Shown here piece by piece: positions 22,345-32,690 of a DNA stretch of 64,000 bases. The position numbers were made by a program, and so were the translations under genes. The number at the start of each line of letters is the position of its first letter. The stretch's first letter is position 1. The stretch comes from Rhodospirillaceae bacterium (lineage in GTDB: Bacteria > Pseudomonadota > Alphaproteobacteria > Kiloniellales > DSM-21159). A model generated the notes under the pieces. That model did no database searches. It saw only the letters and a list, made by a program, of their open reading frames with translations, and had not been told where the DNA came from. The stretch covers positions 1,869,430 to 1,933,429 of the forward strand of contig CP030885.1 in assembly GCA_006969625.1 (NCBI GenBank), read 5' to 3'.

Positions 22345-22930
22345 CGGCGGTCTCCCGCTCCAGGTGGGCGTCGAGGTAGTCGCGCAGCAGCCGGCGGGCG
22401 GCGGCGCTGTCGGGCTGGCCGCCGCCAAGCGTGGCGCGCAGCCACAGGCCGTCGATCAGCCCGGACACGCCGTGGGCGAGCTCGCGGGCGCGATGCGCCG
22501 GCAGCAGCCCGCGCAGGGCATGGCTGAGGTTGTCGAGCATGCGGCGTTGATAGATGCGCTGGATGCGGGCGAGGGACGGCACGTGCATGGCCTGGGCCCA
22601 GAACGCCAGCCAGACCTTGGCCAGGCGGGGGTCGAACTGGCGCGGCGACAGGTTGGCCTCGATCACCGCGTCGACCCGAGCGCGCGGCGTGCGCGCCGCC
22701 CGCAGCCGGGCCACAGTGTCGCGGGTCAGGTCGTCGAACAGCGCGCGCAAGGTCGCCTCCAGCAGGCCATTCTTGTCGTCGAAGTAGTGGGCGACCAGTC
22801 CCGGCGAGACCCCGGCGCGCCTGGCGATCGCCTGCAGACTGGAGGCGGCGAAGCCGACCTCGTGGATCGTGTCGATCGTCGCCTCGATCAGTTGCCGGCG
22901 ACGCACCGCCTCCATGCCGAGCTTCGGCAT
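22337..22930 (-). CDS. betI: TetR-family choline-responsive repressor
   Basis: Start at MPKLGMEAVRRRQLIEATIDTIHEVGFAASSLQAIARRAGVSPGLVAHYFDDKNGLLEATL (BetI-type HTH). First gene of betI-betB-betA. The track ORF (to 24301) is a gross over-extension. Confidence 0.9.
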
Positions 22931-23021
22931 CCGCCCGCCCCCTGGCCTCGCCCTTTGCCGCCCGCGTCCCGGGCCTGCGATCCACCTGCGATCCTGCTTG
23001 GCGCATAGGCTAACATTTTTC

Positions 23022-23035
23022 ATTGAACGTTCAAT
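23022..23035. promoter_or_regulatory. candidate BetI operator (perfect palindrome ATTGAACGTTCAAT)
   Basis: A perfect 14-bp palindrome within TTCATTGAACGTTCAATCAAG, about 90 bp upstream of betI in the betI / choX divergent region. It matches the TTGA-N-TCAA style of known BetI boxes. Confidence 0.7.
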
Positions 23036-23218
23036 CAAGAAACGATTGAATTCTACTACTGGTGAAAGCCCTGCCGTAGCGTACTGCCGTTCGCAAGCCG
23101 CACAGGGCAGGCTGCCGGCCGGAGGGCACGCCATGGCCGCAATCGGGCCCGGCCAAGACGGCCTCAGGCTGCTAGGCTGGCGCCAGGAGTGAGGAAACGG
23201 GAAGGGAGACCAGGTTCC

Positions 23219-24184
23219 ATGCGAATCCGAACGCTGCTGTCCACCACCACGCTCGCCGCCGCCGCCCTGGGGGCCGGCCTGGCGCTGTCCGCCGGCGCCG
23301 CCCGGGCGCAGGTTTCCGAGGCCTGCCAGACGGTCGTGTTCTCGGACGTCGGCTGGACCGACATCACCGCGACCACCGCCCTCGCCACCACGGTCTTGCA
23401 GGGTCTGGGCTACGAGACCGAGACCGAGGTGCTGTCCGTGCCGGTGACCTACGCCTCGCTGAAGAACGGCGACGTGGACGTGTTCCTCGGCAACTGGATG
23501 CCGACCATGGAAGCCGATCTCGCGCCCTACCGCGACGAGGGCTCGGTCGAAGTGGTCGGCGTCAACCTGGAGGGCGCCAAGTACACCCTGGCCACCCTGC
23601 GCTACACCGCCGACGCCGGCCTGACCGATTTCGCCGACATCGCCGCGTTCCAGGATCAGCTCGACGGCAAGATCTACGGCATCGAGCCGGGCAACGACGG
23701 CAACCGCCTGATCCAGGAGATGATCGACACCGACACCTTCGGGCTGGCGGACTTCGAAGTGGTGGAGTCGAGCGAGCAGGGCATGCTCAGCCAGGTCAAG
23801 CGCGCCGAGCGCGGCGAGGAGGCGGTGGTCTTCCTGGCCTGGGAGCCTCACCCGATGAACGCCAACCACGAGATCGTCTACCTGACCGGCGCCGACGAGA
23901 TCTTCGGCCCGAACTTCGGCGGCGCAACGGTCTACACCAACGTGCGCGCCGGCTATCTGGAGGAATGCCCCAACGTCGGCCGCTTCCTCGAGAACCTCGC
24001 GTTCACCCTGGCGATGGAGAACGAGATCATGGGCGCCATCCTGGACCAAGGCGCGCCCGCAGACGAGGCCGCGAGCGCCTGGTTGCAGGCCAACCCCGGC
24101 GTGCTCGAGGCCTGGCTGGAAAACGTCACGACGGTCGCCGGCGAGCCCGGCCTGCCGGCGGTTCGGGAGTCCCTGAGGCTGTAG
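23219..24184 (+). CDS. choX: choline ABC transporter substrate-binding protein
   Basis: Start at MRIRTLLSTTTLAAAALGAGLALSAGAARA (signal peptide) after GGGAAGGGAG. FSDVGWTDITATTA ... FLGNWMPTMEAD ... GIEPGNDGN closely follow my recollection of Sinorhizobium ChoX. Confidence 0.8.
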   Translation: MRIRTLLSTTTLAAAALGAGLALSAGAARAQVSEACQTVVFSDVGWTDITATTALATTVLQGLGYETETEVLSVPVTYASLKNGDVDVFLGNWMPTMEADLAPYRDEGSVEVVGVNLEGAKYTLATLRYTADAGLTDFADIAAFQDQLDGKIYGIEPGNDGNRLIQEMIDTDTFGLADFEVVESSEQGMLSQVKRAERGEEAVVFLAWEPHPMNANHEIVYLTGADEIFGPNFGGATVYTNVRAGYLEECPNVGRFLENLAFTLAMENEIMGAILDQGAPADEAASAWLQANPGVLEAWLENVTTVAGEPGLPAVRESLRL

Positions 24185-24315
24185 GCGCGCTATAGTCGCG
24201 ATCGTCGCTTCCGACGGCCTGCGTCCCCAGATCGCTTGCGGGCGTAGGCCGCGGTCGCGCGCCGTCGCCCGCTGCCGCTGGCCCGGCTGCTGCCAGCCCA
24301 CGAGGACAGCCGCCC

Positions 24316-25167
24316 ATGGAAGAGTGGTTCACCGCCTGGAAGATCCCCGTCGGCGCGGTCGGCGAGGCGGTCTTCGACTTCCTTCAGACTCACTTCTACT
24401 GGGCCTTCCGGGCCATCTCGGACGGCCTCGGTTTCGTCATCGAGGGGGTCAACGACGGCCTGCAGGCGGTCCCGCCGCTGCTGCTGATCTCCATCCTCGC
24501 CGGCCTCGCCTGGGCGCTGCACCGGGATTGGAAGCTACCGGCGGCGGTCCTGGGCTTCCTGCTGCTGGTGGTCAACCTCGGCTACTGGGAGGCGACGGTC
24601 GAGACGCTGACCCTGGTGCTCTTCGCCACGACGATCTGCATGACGCTCGGCGTGCCGCTCGGCATCGCCGCGGCGCACCGGCGCTGGCTCTACACCGGCA
24701 TCCGCCCGGTGCTCGACCTGATGCAGACCATCCCGACCTTCGTCTACCTGATCCCGACCCTGATCCTCTTCGGCCTCGGCATGGTGCCGGGCCTCATTTC
24801 CACCGTGATCTTCGCCATCCCGGCGCCGATCCGCCTGACCTACCTGGGCGTCTCCTCGGTGCCTAAGCAATTGCTAGAGGCGGGGGAGGCCTTCGGGGCG
24901 ACGCGCCGGCAACTCCTCTGGAAGGTCGAGCTGCCGCATGCCCTGCCGACGATCATGGCGGGGCTGACCCAGTGCATCATGCTGAGCCTGTCGATGGTGG
25001 TGATCGCGGCGCTGGTCGGCGCCGACGGGCTCGGCAAGCCGGTGGTGCGCGCGCTCAACTCGGTGAACGTCGAGATGGGCATCGAGGCGGGCCTCGCCAT
25101 CGTCGTCCTGGCCATCCTGCTCGACCGCTTCTGCAAGCAGCCGAAGCTCGGCGGTCGGCGGGACTGA
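24316..25167 (+). CDS. choW: choline/betaine ABC transporter permease
   Basis: 283 aa, multi-TM. ProW-type motifs (MQTIPTFVYLIP, EAGEAFGATRRQLLWKVELP). Confidence 0.85.
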   Translation: MEEWFTAWKIPVGAVGEAVFDFLQTHFYWAFRAISDGLGFVIEGVNDGLQAVPPLLLISILAGLAWALHRDWKLPAAVLGFLLLVVNLGYWEATVETLTLVLFATTICMTLGVPLGIAAAHRRWLYTGIRPVLDLMQTIPTFVYLIPTLILFGLGMVPGLISTVIFAIPAPIRLTYLGVSSVPKQLLEAGEAFGATRRQLLWKVELPHALPTIMAGLTQCIMLSLSMVVIAALVGADGLGKPVVRALNSVNVEMGIEAGLAIVVLAILLDRFCKQPKLGGRRD

Positions 25168-25178
25168 ACAGCTCGCCG

Positions 25179-26378
25179 ATGCGCCTGCCAGACACCAAAC
25201 CCGCGCGGGCGCTCGGCTTCCAGGAGGTCGACATCGTCTTCGGCGAGCGGCCGGGCGCGGCATTGCCGCTGATCGACCAAGGGCGCTCGCGCGACGAGAT
25301 CCTGGAGGCGACCGGCTGCGTCCTCGGCGTCGCCCAAGCCTCGCTCGACGTCGCGCCCGGCGAGATCTGCGTGCTGATGGGGCTGTCCGGCTCCGGCAAG
25401 TCGACCCTCCTGCGCGCCGTCAACCGCCTGAACCCGGTCACCCGGGGCCAGGTGATGGTGCGCGACGCGGGGGCCGAGATCGACGTCGCGGCCTGCGACG
25501 AGGCGACATTGCGGCGCCTGCGCACCCGGCGGATCGCCATGGTCTTCCAGCAGTTCGCCCTGCTGCCCTGGCGGACCGTAGGCGAGAACGTCGGCTTCGG
25601 GCTCGAGTTGCGCGGCCTCGCCAGGGCCGAGCGCAGCCGCATCGTCGCCGAAAAGCTCGAGCTGGTCGGGCTCGCCCAATGGGCCGAGAAGTACGCCCAC
25701 GAGCTGTCCGGCGGCATGCAGCAGCGCGTCGGCTTGGCGCGTGCCTTCGCCACAGACGGCGACCTGCTGTTGATGGACGAGCCCTTCAGCGCCCTCGACC
25801 CGCTGATCCGCACCCACCTGCAGGACGAGCTGCTGGAGCTGCAGCGGAACCTGAAGAAGACCATCCTCTTCGTCAGCCACGACCTGGACGAGGCGCTGAA
25901 GCTGGGCAACCGCATCGCCATCATGGAGGGCGGGCGCATCGTCCAGGTCGGCCGACCCGAAGCCATCGTGCTGGAGCCGGCAAACGACTATGTGCGGGAG
26001 TTCGTGGCTCACATGAACCCCCTCAACGTGCTGCGCGGCGCCTCGATGATGCGCCCGCTGGCCGAGCTGCCGTCGCGCGACGGCGCGCTGGAGCTGGATA
26101 CCGAGGGACGCCTGCTCTGCTGGATCGAGGGGACGGCGGTCCGGGCCGAGGCGGCGGGCCGGCCGGTGACGGTCCACACTTGGCGCGGCGAGCCGCCGCT
26201 GGAGACGGTCGCGCCAGGCAGCCTGATTCTTGCGCCTGCCGACACGGAAATGCGCCATGTCATCGAGCTGCGCCAGGCGAGCGGGCGGCCGGTGCTGCTG
26301 ACCGAGGCGGAGCGACCGGTCGGGGTCTGCGGCGATGCCGAGATCTACGCCGCGATCCTACGTCAGTCGGGCAAGTGA
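25179..26378 (+). CDS. choV: choline/betaine ABC transporter ATP-binding protein with C-terminal CBS-like domain
   Basis: Start at MRLPDTKPARALGF (ATG 25179); the track ORF begins upstream inside choW. GLSGSGKST, LSGGMQQRVGLARA, LLMDEP. Confidence 0.85.
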   Translation: MRLPDTKPARALGFQEVDIVFGERPGAALPLIDQGRSRDEILEATGCVLGVAQASLDVAPGEICVLMGLSGSGKSTLLRAVNRLNPVTRGQVMVRDAGAEIDVAACDEATLRRLRTRRIAMVFQQFALLPWRTVGENVGFGLELRGLARAERSRIVAEKLELVGLAQWAEKYAHELSGGMQQRVGLARAFATDGDLLLMDEPFSALDPLIRTHLQDELLELQRNLKKTILFVSHDLDEALKLGNRIAIMEGGRIVQVGRPEAIVLEPANDYVREFVAHMNPLNVLRGASMMRPLAELPSRDGALELDTEGRLLCWIEGTAVRAEAAGRPVTVHTWRGEPPLETVAPGSLILAPADTEMRHVIELRQASGRPVLLTEAERPVGVCGDAEIYAAILRQSGK

Positions 26379-26401
26379 TCCGTCCGCCCGATCGGCCTGC
26401 G

Positions 26402-26623
26402 TCAGCCCCTCCGGCCGACGCGGGAAGCCTTTACGGTCGCGACGGGGCGCGGCTTGGCCGGCGCCAGGGTCTGCGCGACGGCGGGATTCGAGGCATTGGC
26501 CGGCGCCGGCGCGTCGGCTGGCCTGCAACTGGCCGCATCGCGGATCAACTGGGTCAGGCGTCCGCTGCCGAAACTGCGCCACATCAGCATGAGGTTGTCG
26601 CTCCCCTTCCACAGGGCCAGCAT
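26402..26623 (-). CDS. hypothetical small protein (about 73 aa; start uncertain)
   Basis: G/C-rich third positions from MLALWKGSDNLMLMWRSFGSGRLTQLIRD onward. The upstream part of the track ORF overlaps the riboswitch and is discounted. No recognisable family. Confidence 0.25.
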   Translation of the reverse strand: MLALWKGSDNLMLMWRSFGSGRLTQLIRDAASCRPADAPAPANASNPAVAQTLAPAKPRPVATVKASRVGRRG

Positions 26624-26734
26624 GGTGTCGCGAATGCGAACCAATCGCAAGTTATTTTCGCCCCATGCGGTTGATCGACACGGACTGTGCTGCCAGGGGG
26701 TCTTGCATCCGGCACCGAAGCGTGCAGGATGCCC

Positions 26735-26870
26735 CTGCTCCGTAGGGGAGTAGCCGCCCCACAGACAGGGGATGCGCGTCAACAGACTCGGCCGGGCTGC
26801 CAAGCTCCGCCGTGGTGCGCGTGGCCGGCAACGGCTTGGCGAGACCTATGGCGAGGGCGCGCCTCCAGCG
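26735..26870 (+). ncRNA. yybP-ykoY (Mn2+-sensing) riboswitch
   Basis: Both hallmark conserved strands are present in the right order and spacing: CUCCGUAGGGGAGUAGCC (26738-26755) and UUGGCGAGACCUAUGGCGAGG (26836-26856). CCGUA pairs with UAUGG to close P1. It lies about 65 nt upstream of a UPF0016 Mn exporter-type gene, a classic regulon member. Confidence 0.8.
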
Positions 26871-26932
26871 GGGAGCCGGGGCGGCGCCGTCGCCACAGGT
26901 ACGCGCCGCGGCTCCCCCCATTCGGTGAACGC

Positions 26933-27211
26933 ATGGCCGCCTTCCTGCTCATTTTCGCGACCGTTTTCCTGGCCGAGCTGGGCGACAAGACGCAACTCGC
27001 GACGCTGCTGTTCTCCACCGGCAAGCAGCACGCGCCCCTCCTGGTCTTCGCCGCCGCGAGCGCCGCGCTGATCGCCTCGACGGCGGTGGCCGTGGTGTTG
27101 GGGACGCTGGCCGAGCGCTATCTCGTGGGCCTGCCGCTCAAGATGATGGCGGGGCTCGGCTTCGTCGGCATCGGGCTCTGGATCTTGGCCGAGTATGTCC
27201 GTGGCACGTGA
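26933..27211 (+). CDS. UPF0016 (GDT1/TMEM165/MneA) family cation exporter, half-size single-repeat form
   Basis: 92 aa. MAAFLLIFATVFLAELGDKTQLATLLF carries the family E-x-G-D-K-T/S motif, and there are three predicted TM helices. The track ORF (from 26687) reads through the riboswitch. Confidence 0.8.
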   Translation: MAAFLLIFATVFLAELGDKTQLATLLFSTGKQHAPLLVFAAASAALIASTAVAVVLGTLAERYLVGLPLKMMAGLGFVGIGLWILAEYVRGT

Positions 27212-27316
27212 GCGCGGACGCCGGCCGCGAACTCCCGTCGGCCTGGCTCGTAGGCAAACGGGGCCGACCCGGCGTCGCAAGGACCGTCGCGCCAGCCCGG
27301 AGGTAACGCGAAGGCG

Positions 27317-27919
27317 GTGGCAGCAAGCATGACCCGCGCCAAGAATTGGTCACGCCGCATCGCCCGGTCGCGCTGGGGCGATGCGGCGCTGGGCTTCGCC
27401 AGCTTCTCGGAGACCGTGATCGTACCGATCCCGATGGAGCTGGTGTTGATGCCGCACATGCAGGCGAACCGGGACCGCTTGTGGTGGCTGGCCAGCGTCG
27501 CCCTGCTGGGCTGCCTCGCCGGCGCCGTCCTGGGGTATGCCGTCGGCCTTCTGCTGTTCGAGTCCGTGGGGCGCTGGGCGCTGGAGACATTCGGCTGGCA
27601 GGAGGACTTCGCCACCTTCCGCCGCTGGTTCGACGCCTATGGTTTCTGGGCCATCGTTGCCATCGGGGTGGTGCCGATCCCCTTCCAGACGGCGATGCTG
27701 CTGGCCGGCGTCACGCAGTATCCCTTCGTCCTGTTCGTCGCCGCGGCCGTGCTGGCGCGCGGCCTGCGCTACTACGGCCTGGCGGCGCTGGTCGCCCTGT
27801 TCGGGGCCTACGCGGAGGCCCTCTGGCGGCGTCACTCTCGGCCTCTCGGCTTCGGCCTGACGCTGTCGGCCGCGGCGGGCCTTGCGGCGCTGTTGCTCTT
27901 GGCCGGCAGCCCGCAATAG
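27317..27919 (+). CDS. YqaA/DedA-like (SNARE-associated) inner membrane protein
   Basis: 200 aa. FASFSETVIVPIPMELVLMP and the following hydrophobic pattern are typical of the YqaA family. Confidence 0.65.
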   Translation: MAASMTRAKNWSRRIARSRWGDAALGFASFSETVIVPIPMELVLMPHMQANRDRLWWLASVALLGCLAGAVLGYAVGLLLFESVGRWALETFGWQEDFATFRRWFDAYGFWAIVAIGVVPIPFQTAMLLAGVTQYPFVLFVAAAVLARGLRYYGLAALVALFGAYAEALWRRHSRPLGFGLTLSAAAGLAALLLLAGSPQ

Positions 27920-27929
27920 CGCCGCGCCC

Positions 27930-29361
27930 CTAGCTCTCGAAGCGGGTCTTGCCGCGGCGGTGCACGTCGATCGGCAGGTCCATGTGCAGCGGCTGGTGCG
28001 CGCGCTGGGCGCAGTTCTGACGCGGGCAGAGCCGGCAGTTGATGCCGATCGGGGTGACCAGGTCCGGGTCGTCGAGCTGGAAGCGCTGGGCGTAGACGAG
28101 CTGGCTGGCGTGCTCGATGGCGCAACCGAGCGTCACCGCCAGCCGGTGGTCCTGCGAGGTGTGGCCGAGGCTGGGGCGGTCGACCGTGCGGTTGATCGTG
28201 AAATAGCGGCTGCCGTCCGGCATCTCGACGAATTGCGGCAGGATCCGCCCGGGCGTGCGGAAGGACAGGTGGATGTCCCAGCGCGGACAGGCCCCGCCGT
28301 ATTCCGCAAGATGGAAGGTGGTGGCGTTGAAGCGCTTCGTGACGTTGCCGGCCTTGTCGAGGCGCAAGAAGAAGAAGGGGACGCCGAGGGCGCCTTCGCG
28401 CTGCAGGGTGGTGACCCGGTGGCAGACCTGCTCGAAGGAGACCCCGAAGCGCAGCGCCAGATGGTCCAGGTCGTAGCGGCTGGCCAGCGCCTCCTCCAGC
28501 ACCTCGACGTAGGGCATCAGCACCGCGGCAGCGAAGTAGTTGGCGAGCTCCACCCGACAGCGCGCTTGGGCGCGCGGATCGCCGATGCCCGCCTCGGCGA
28601 TCACCACGTCGATCGTCTCGCGGTACTGCAGCAGGCCGGCCAAATGGGTGAGCTGGAAAACCTTGTTCGGATGGTCGAGTCCCTCCGACAGCAGCACTTC
28701 GCCGCGTCGCTCGTCGTAGGAGCGCAGCGTGTGCGGCAGCGTGGCGACCGGCACGGTGACCACGCGCAGGCCGAGGTCGCGCTTCAACCTCAGCTTCAGG
28801 TAGCCGTACATCTCGTCGGTCTCGATCGGCTCGCCGCGGCGGAAGTCCTCGGCGGCCCGCTCGAGCGCGTCGAAGTGGTTGCGATGGCGGCGAAAGAGGT
28901 CGTGGACGACGGTCTCCTGGGTGACGTCGGCGATCTGCTCGGCATCGCCGGTGCTGCCCACGCCCAGCGCCAGCAGGCGTTCGGTCAGGCTGCGGTAGCT
29001 CTTGTGCAGCGTCAGCAGGCTGGTGGCCAGCTTGGGGCTGTGGTCGACGGCGGCGCGCAGCTCCTGGAGGTCCGGCGTATCCGGTCCGAAGACCGGGTCC
29101 TGAAGCGCGTTGCGCAGGTCGCCGAGCAGGATGGTGGCGTCGTCGGCCAACAGGTCGCGCCAGTCGACGCCGTAGGCCTCCGACAGGCGCATCAGGACCT
29201 GGACCGACAGGCTACGCTGGTTGTTCTCCAAAAGGTTGACGTAGGCCGGGCTGACGCCGAGTTGGCGCGCCATCTCAGCCTGGCTTTGCCGACGCTCGCG
29301 GCGCAGTTGGCGCAGCCGTGGGCCGATGAAGGTTTTGCGCTGCTGCGCCGCCACGGCCATT
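27930..29361 (-). CDS. XRE-family HTH regulator with ImmA/IrrE-like and DUF2083-like C-terminal domains (ScfR/RamB type)
   Basis: Start at MAVAAQQRKTFIGPRLRQLRRERRQSQAEMARQLGVSPAYVNLLENNQRSLSVQVL (Cro/C1 HTH), followed by a long C-terminal domain containing a CPRWD ... Cys-rich region. Divergent from the aminotransferase gene. Confidence 0.7.
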
Positions 29362-29568
29362 GCCGCCTCCGGAGCCGTTCGCTGTGCATTTACAAATTTA
29401 CAAAAATCTGTGTTGTCAACAACACATCTTTCACGTTGACCCGATTTTCTTTCCCATATTGCCCGTGCACCGCCATCGTCGGGGCTCAATCGGCGGCCGG
29501 ACGCAACCTGGCTGCGGCGCCGCCGAACACGCGACACAACCAATGCCAGCTTGTGAGGACGCGGCCGA

Positions 29569-30803
29569 TGACGACTGCCACGCACCGCGGTGCGACCCGC
29601 CCCAAGCCCGGCATGACGCACCTGTTCATCCCCGGACCGACCAACGTGCCAGAGGCGGTGCGCCTGGCGATGAATGTCCCGATGCAGGACATGCGTGCGG
29701 CCGACTTCGGCGAACTCACGCTGCCGCTGTTCGACGGACTAAAGCGGGTCTTCAAGACCGACGCCGGCCGGGTCTTCATATTCCCCTCGTCGGGCACCGG
29801 CGCCTGGGAGGCGGCGATCACCAACACGCTCAATCCGGGCGACAAAGTGCTGATGTCGCGCTTCGGCCAATTCTCCCACCTCTGGGCCGAGATGGCCGGG
29901 CGGCTCGGGCTGCGGCCCGAGGTGATCGACGTCCCCTGGGGCGCCGGCGTGCCGGTGGAGGATTACGCCGCCACGCTGGCCGCCGACACGCGGCACGAGA
30001 TCAAGGCGGTCTTCGCCACCCACAACGAGACGGCGACGGGCGTCGCCTCCGACATTGCGGGCGTGCGCGCGGCCCTGGATGCCTGCGACCACCCGGCGCT
30101 GTTGTTCGTCGACGGCGTCAGCTCGATCGGCTCGATCGACTTCCGGATGGACGAGTGGGGCGTCGACCTCGCGGTCGCCGGTTCCCAGAAGGGCTTCATG
30201 ATGCCGGCTGGCTTGGCCTTCCTCGGCGTCAGCGCGAAGGCTCTGGCCGCCAGCGCCGGCTGTACGCAGCGGCGCGCGTACTTCGAGTTCGCCGACATGG
30301 TGCGCATGAACGCCGACGGCTTCTTCCCCTATACGCCGCCGACCCAGCTCTTCCACGGGCTCAAGGCGGCGCTCGAACTGCTGTTCGCCGAGGGCCTGGA
30401 GGCGGTCTTCGCCCGTCACGCGCGGCTGGCCGAAGGCGTGCGCCAGGGCGTCTTCGCCTGGGGGCTCGACCTCTGCGCCCTGGAGCCGCGCTGGTACTCG
30501 GATACGGTCAGCGCCGTGCTGGTGCCGGAAGACGTCGACGCCCGCGAAGTGATCCGCATCGGCTACGAGCGCTACCGCACCTCGTTCGGCAGCGGGCTGT
30601 CGCAGCTCGCCGGCCACGTTTTCCGCATCGGTCACCTCGGCGACCTCAACGAAGTGAGCTGCCTGGCCGCCCTGGCCAGCGCCGAGATGAGCCTGCGCGA
30701 CGCCGGCGCTGCCGTCGAACCGGGGGCGGGAGTCGCTGCGGCGCAGGAGTGGTTCCGCACCGGGGAGCGCCAGCCCCGGCTGCATGCGGTTGCCGCCGAA
30801 TAG
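29569..30803 (+). CDS. serine--glyoxylate / serine--pyruvate aminotransferase (class V, SgaA-like)
   Basis: HLFIPGPTNVPEAVRLAM ... FPSSGTGAWEAAITNTL ... ATHNETATGV ... GSQKGFMMPAGL (PLP lysine) ... FRIGHLGDLNE closely parallel my recollection of Methylobacterium SgaA. The start could also be the internal MTHLF. Confidence 0.8.
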
Positions 30804-30975
30804 CGGCCGAGACCTTTCCACTAGATTTCTCACGCGGCGGGAATAACCTGAAGATAAGCTTCAACCGTAGACGGAAGCAGAGCCGGAGCCCGCTCGGATC
30901 GAACGGCGCCGGTCCCCGCCGCGCCGGCACGGTCGAAGCCCAAAGAACTGCACCGACTAGGGAGGAGAAACCTTG

Positions 30976-31962
30976 ATGTTTCGAACCGCTTTGAAGACCG
31001 CCGCCGTCGCCGCCGGCGTCACGGCCGCGCTCTCGCTGGTTCCCACGACCGCCGTGCAGGCGGCCGACTGGCAGCCGAACAAGCCGGTCGAAATGGTGAT
31101 CATGGCCGGACAGGGCGGCGGCGCCGACCGTCTCGCGCGGCTGTTCCAGTCGATCATCGAGAAGAACGATCTGTCCAACATGCCCTTCCTTCCCGTCAAC
31201 AAGGGCGGCGGCTCGGGCGCCGAGGCGCTGCGCTACATGAAGGACAATGCGGGCGACGCCCACAAGGTGATGGCGACGCTCAACAGCTACTACACCACGC
31301 CGATCCGCACCGACATCGGAGTCGACATCGCGAACTATACCCCGTTGGCGCGCATGGCGGTCGATACCTTCGTGCTGTGGGTCAACGCCGACAGCGGCAT
31401 CACCACCCTGGAGGAGTTCGTCGAGGCGGTGAAGGCCGCGGGCGGCGAGTGGAAGATGGGTGGCACCGGCACCGGCCAGGAGGACTCCCTGGTCACCGCC
31501 ATGCTGGAGCAGGAGTTCGGCATCACGTTCACCTACGTGCCCTTCTCCGGCGGCGGCACCGTGGCCAAGAACCTGATCGGCAACCACATCGATTCCACGG
31601 TCAACAACCCGTCGGAGCAGATGGCCTTCTTCAAGGCCGGCAAGAGCACGCCGATCGCAGCCTTCACCGAAGACCGCCTGCAGGTCTTCCCGGACGTGCC
31701 GACCATGCGCGAGTTGGGCCACGACCTGGTCTACACCATGCAGCGCAGCTTCGTCGGCGCGCCGGACATGCCGGACGCCGCGCAGGCCTACTATGTCGAC
31801 CTCTTCACCAAGCTGGCCGCCACCGAGGAGTGGCAGACCTACGCCGCCGAGCAGGCACTGCTGACCGACCTGCTCACCGGCCAGGCTCTGCAGGACTACT
31901 TCCTCGCCGAGCGCGAGAAGCACGCCAAGCTGCTCGAAGCGCTGGAAGGCGGCGGCTCCTGA
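30976..31962 (+). CDS. tctC: tripartite tricarboxylate transporter substrate-binding protein (Bug/TctC family)
   Basis: ATG follows GGAGGAG. Has a signal peptide, and YVPFSGGGTVAKNLIGNHID is the family signature. Confidence 0.85.
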   Translation: MFRTALKTAAVAAGVTAALSLVPTTAVQAADWQPNKPVEMVIMAGQGGGADRLARLFQSIIEKNDLSNMPFLPVNKGGGSGAEALRYMKDNAGDAHKVMATLNSYYTTPIRTDIGVDIANYTPLARMAVDTFVLWVNADSGITTLEEFVEAVKAAGGEWKMGGTGTGQEDSLVTAMLEQEFGITFTYVPFSGGGTVAKNLIGNHIDSTVNNPSEQMAFFKAGKSTPIAAFTEDRLQVFPDVPTMRELGHDLVYTMQRSFVGAPDMPDAAQAYYVDLFTKLAATEEWQTYAAEQALLTDLLTGQALQDYFLAEREKHAKLLEALEGGGS

Positions 31963-32179
31963 GTCTCCCCTAGCCTCGGCGGGGCGGGCGCCGGCGCGCG
32001 CCCGTCCCGCCCGCTTTTTCTTTCCGAAAGGCTAGGACAGCCGGCGTGCCCGTGTCGGGCGCGCCGCGCGCCGAGTCCGAAGACCGGGCTTCGGCCCAGG
32101 GTCTTTCCGAGGTACCAGCACGCCCCGGCCGAACAGGGGCGGCATGCGCCAGTAACGACATCGAGGGGAGAACCGTCTC

Positions 32180-32677
32180 ATGCGAGCGGCCGAGATCGTC
32201 ATGGCGGCAGCGCTGATGGCGCTGTCGATCTATTTCATGGTGCACGCGACCGTCCTGCCGATCGGCTGGGCGCGCGGACAGGGGCCGGGCGGCGGCGCCT
32301 TTCCCTTCTGGCTGTCGCTCGTCATGCTGCTGTGCGCCGGCGGCATTCTGGTGCGCGAGCTGATGGCCGCCTACGCCGACCGCGGCGGCCACCGCGGCTT
32401 CGTCTCGCGCGGCGCGCTGCGCGACATCCTGATCGTCGCAGGCTCGCTGTTGGCGACCATCGCCTCGATCCATGTCGTCGGCGCCTACGTGGCCATCGTC
32501 GGCTTCCTGGTCTTCTATCTGCGCGTCATGGGCCGGGCGCGCTGGCGCACCATCGCGGCGCTCGCGGTGGCCACGCCGGTGGTCGTCTTCTTCTTCTTCG
32601 AGGTGGCGCTGAGGATCCTGTTGCCCAAGGGGATCACCGAGCCGCTGTTCATTCCCCTCTACGCGCAATTCTTCTGA
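32180..32677 (+). CDS. tctB: tripartite tricarboxylate transporter small membrane subunit
   Basis: 165 aa with four TM helices, located between tctC and tctA. Confidence 0.75.
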   Translation: MRAAEIVMAAALMALSIYFMVHATVLPIGWARGQGPGGGAFPFWLSLVMLLCAGGILVRELMAAYADRGGHRGFVSRGALRDILIVAGSLLATIASIHVVGAYVAIVGFLVFYLRVMGRARWRTIAALAVATPVVVFFFFEVALRILLPKGITEPLFIPLYAQFF

Positions 32678-32690
32678 GGCGCTGCGACTC

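Noticed and set aside
26379-26734. The 350-bp stretch between choV and the Mn riboswitch, as a possible additional gene or second half of the UPF0016 pair.
   Set aside because: No ORF there encodes a hydrophobic ExGDK-type protein. The only gene-like frame is a minus-strand 73-aa low-complexity ORF, which I listed at low confidence.
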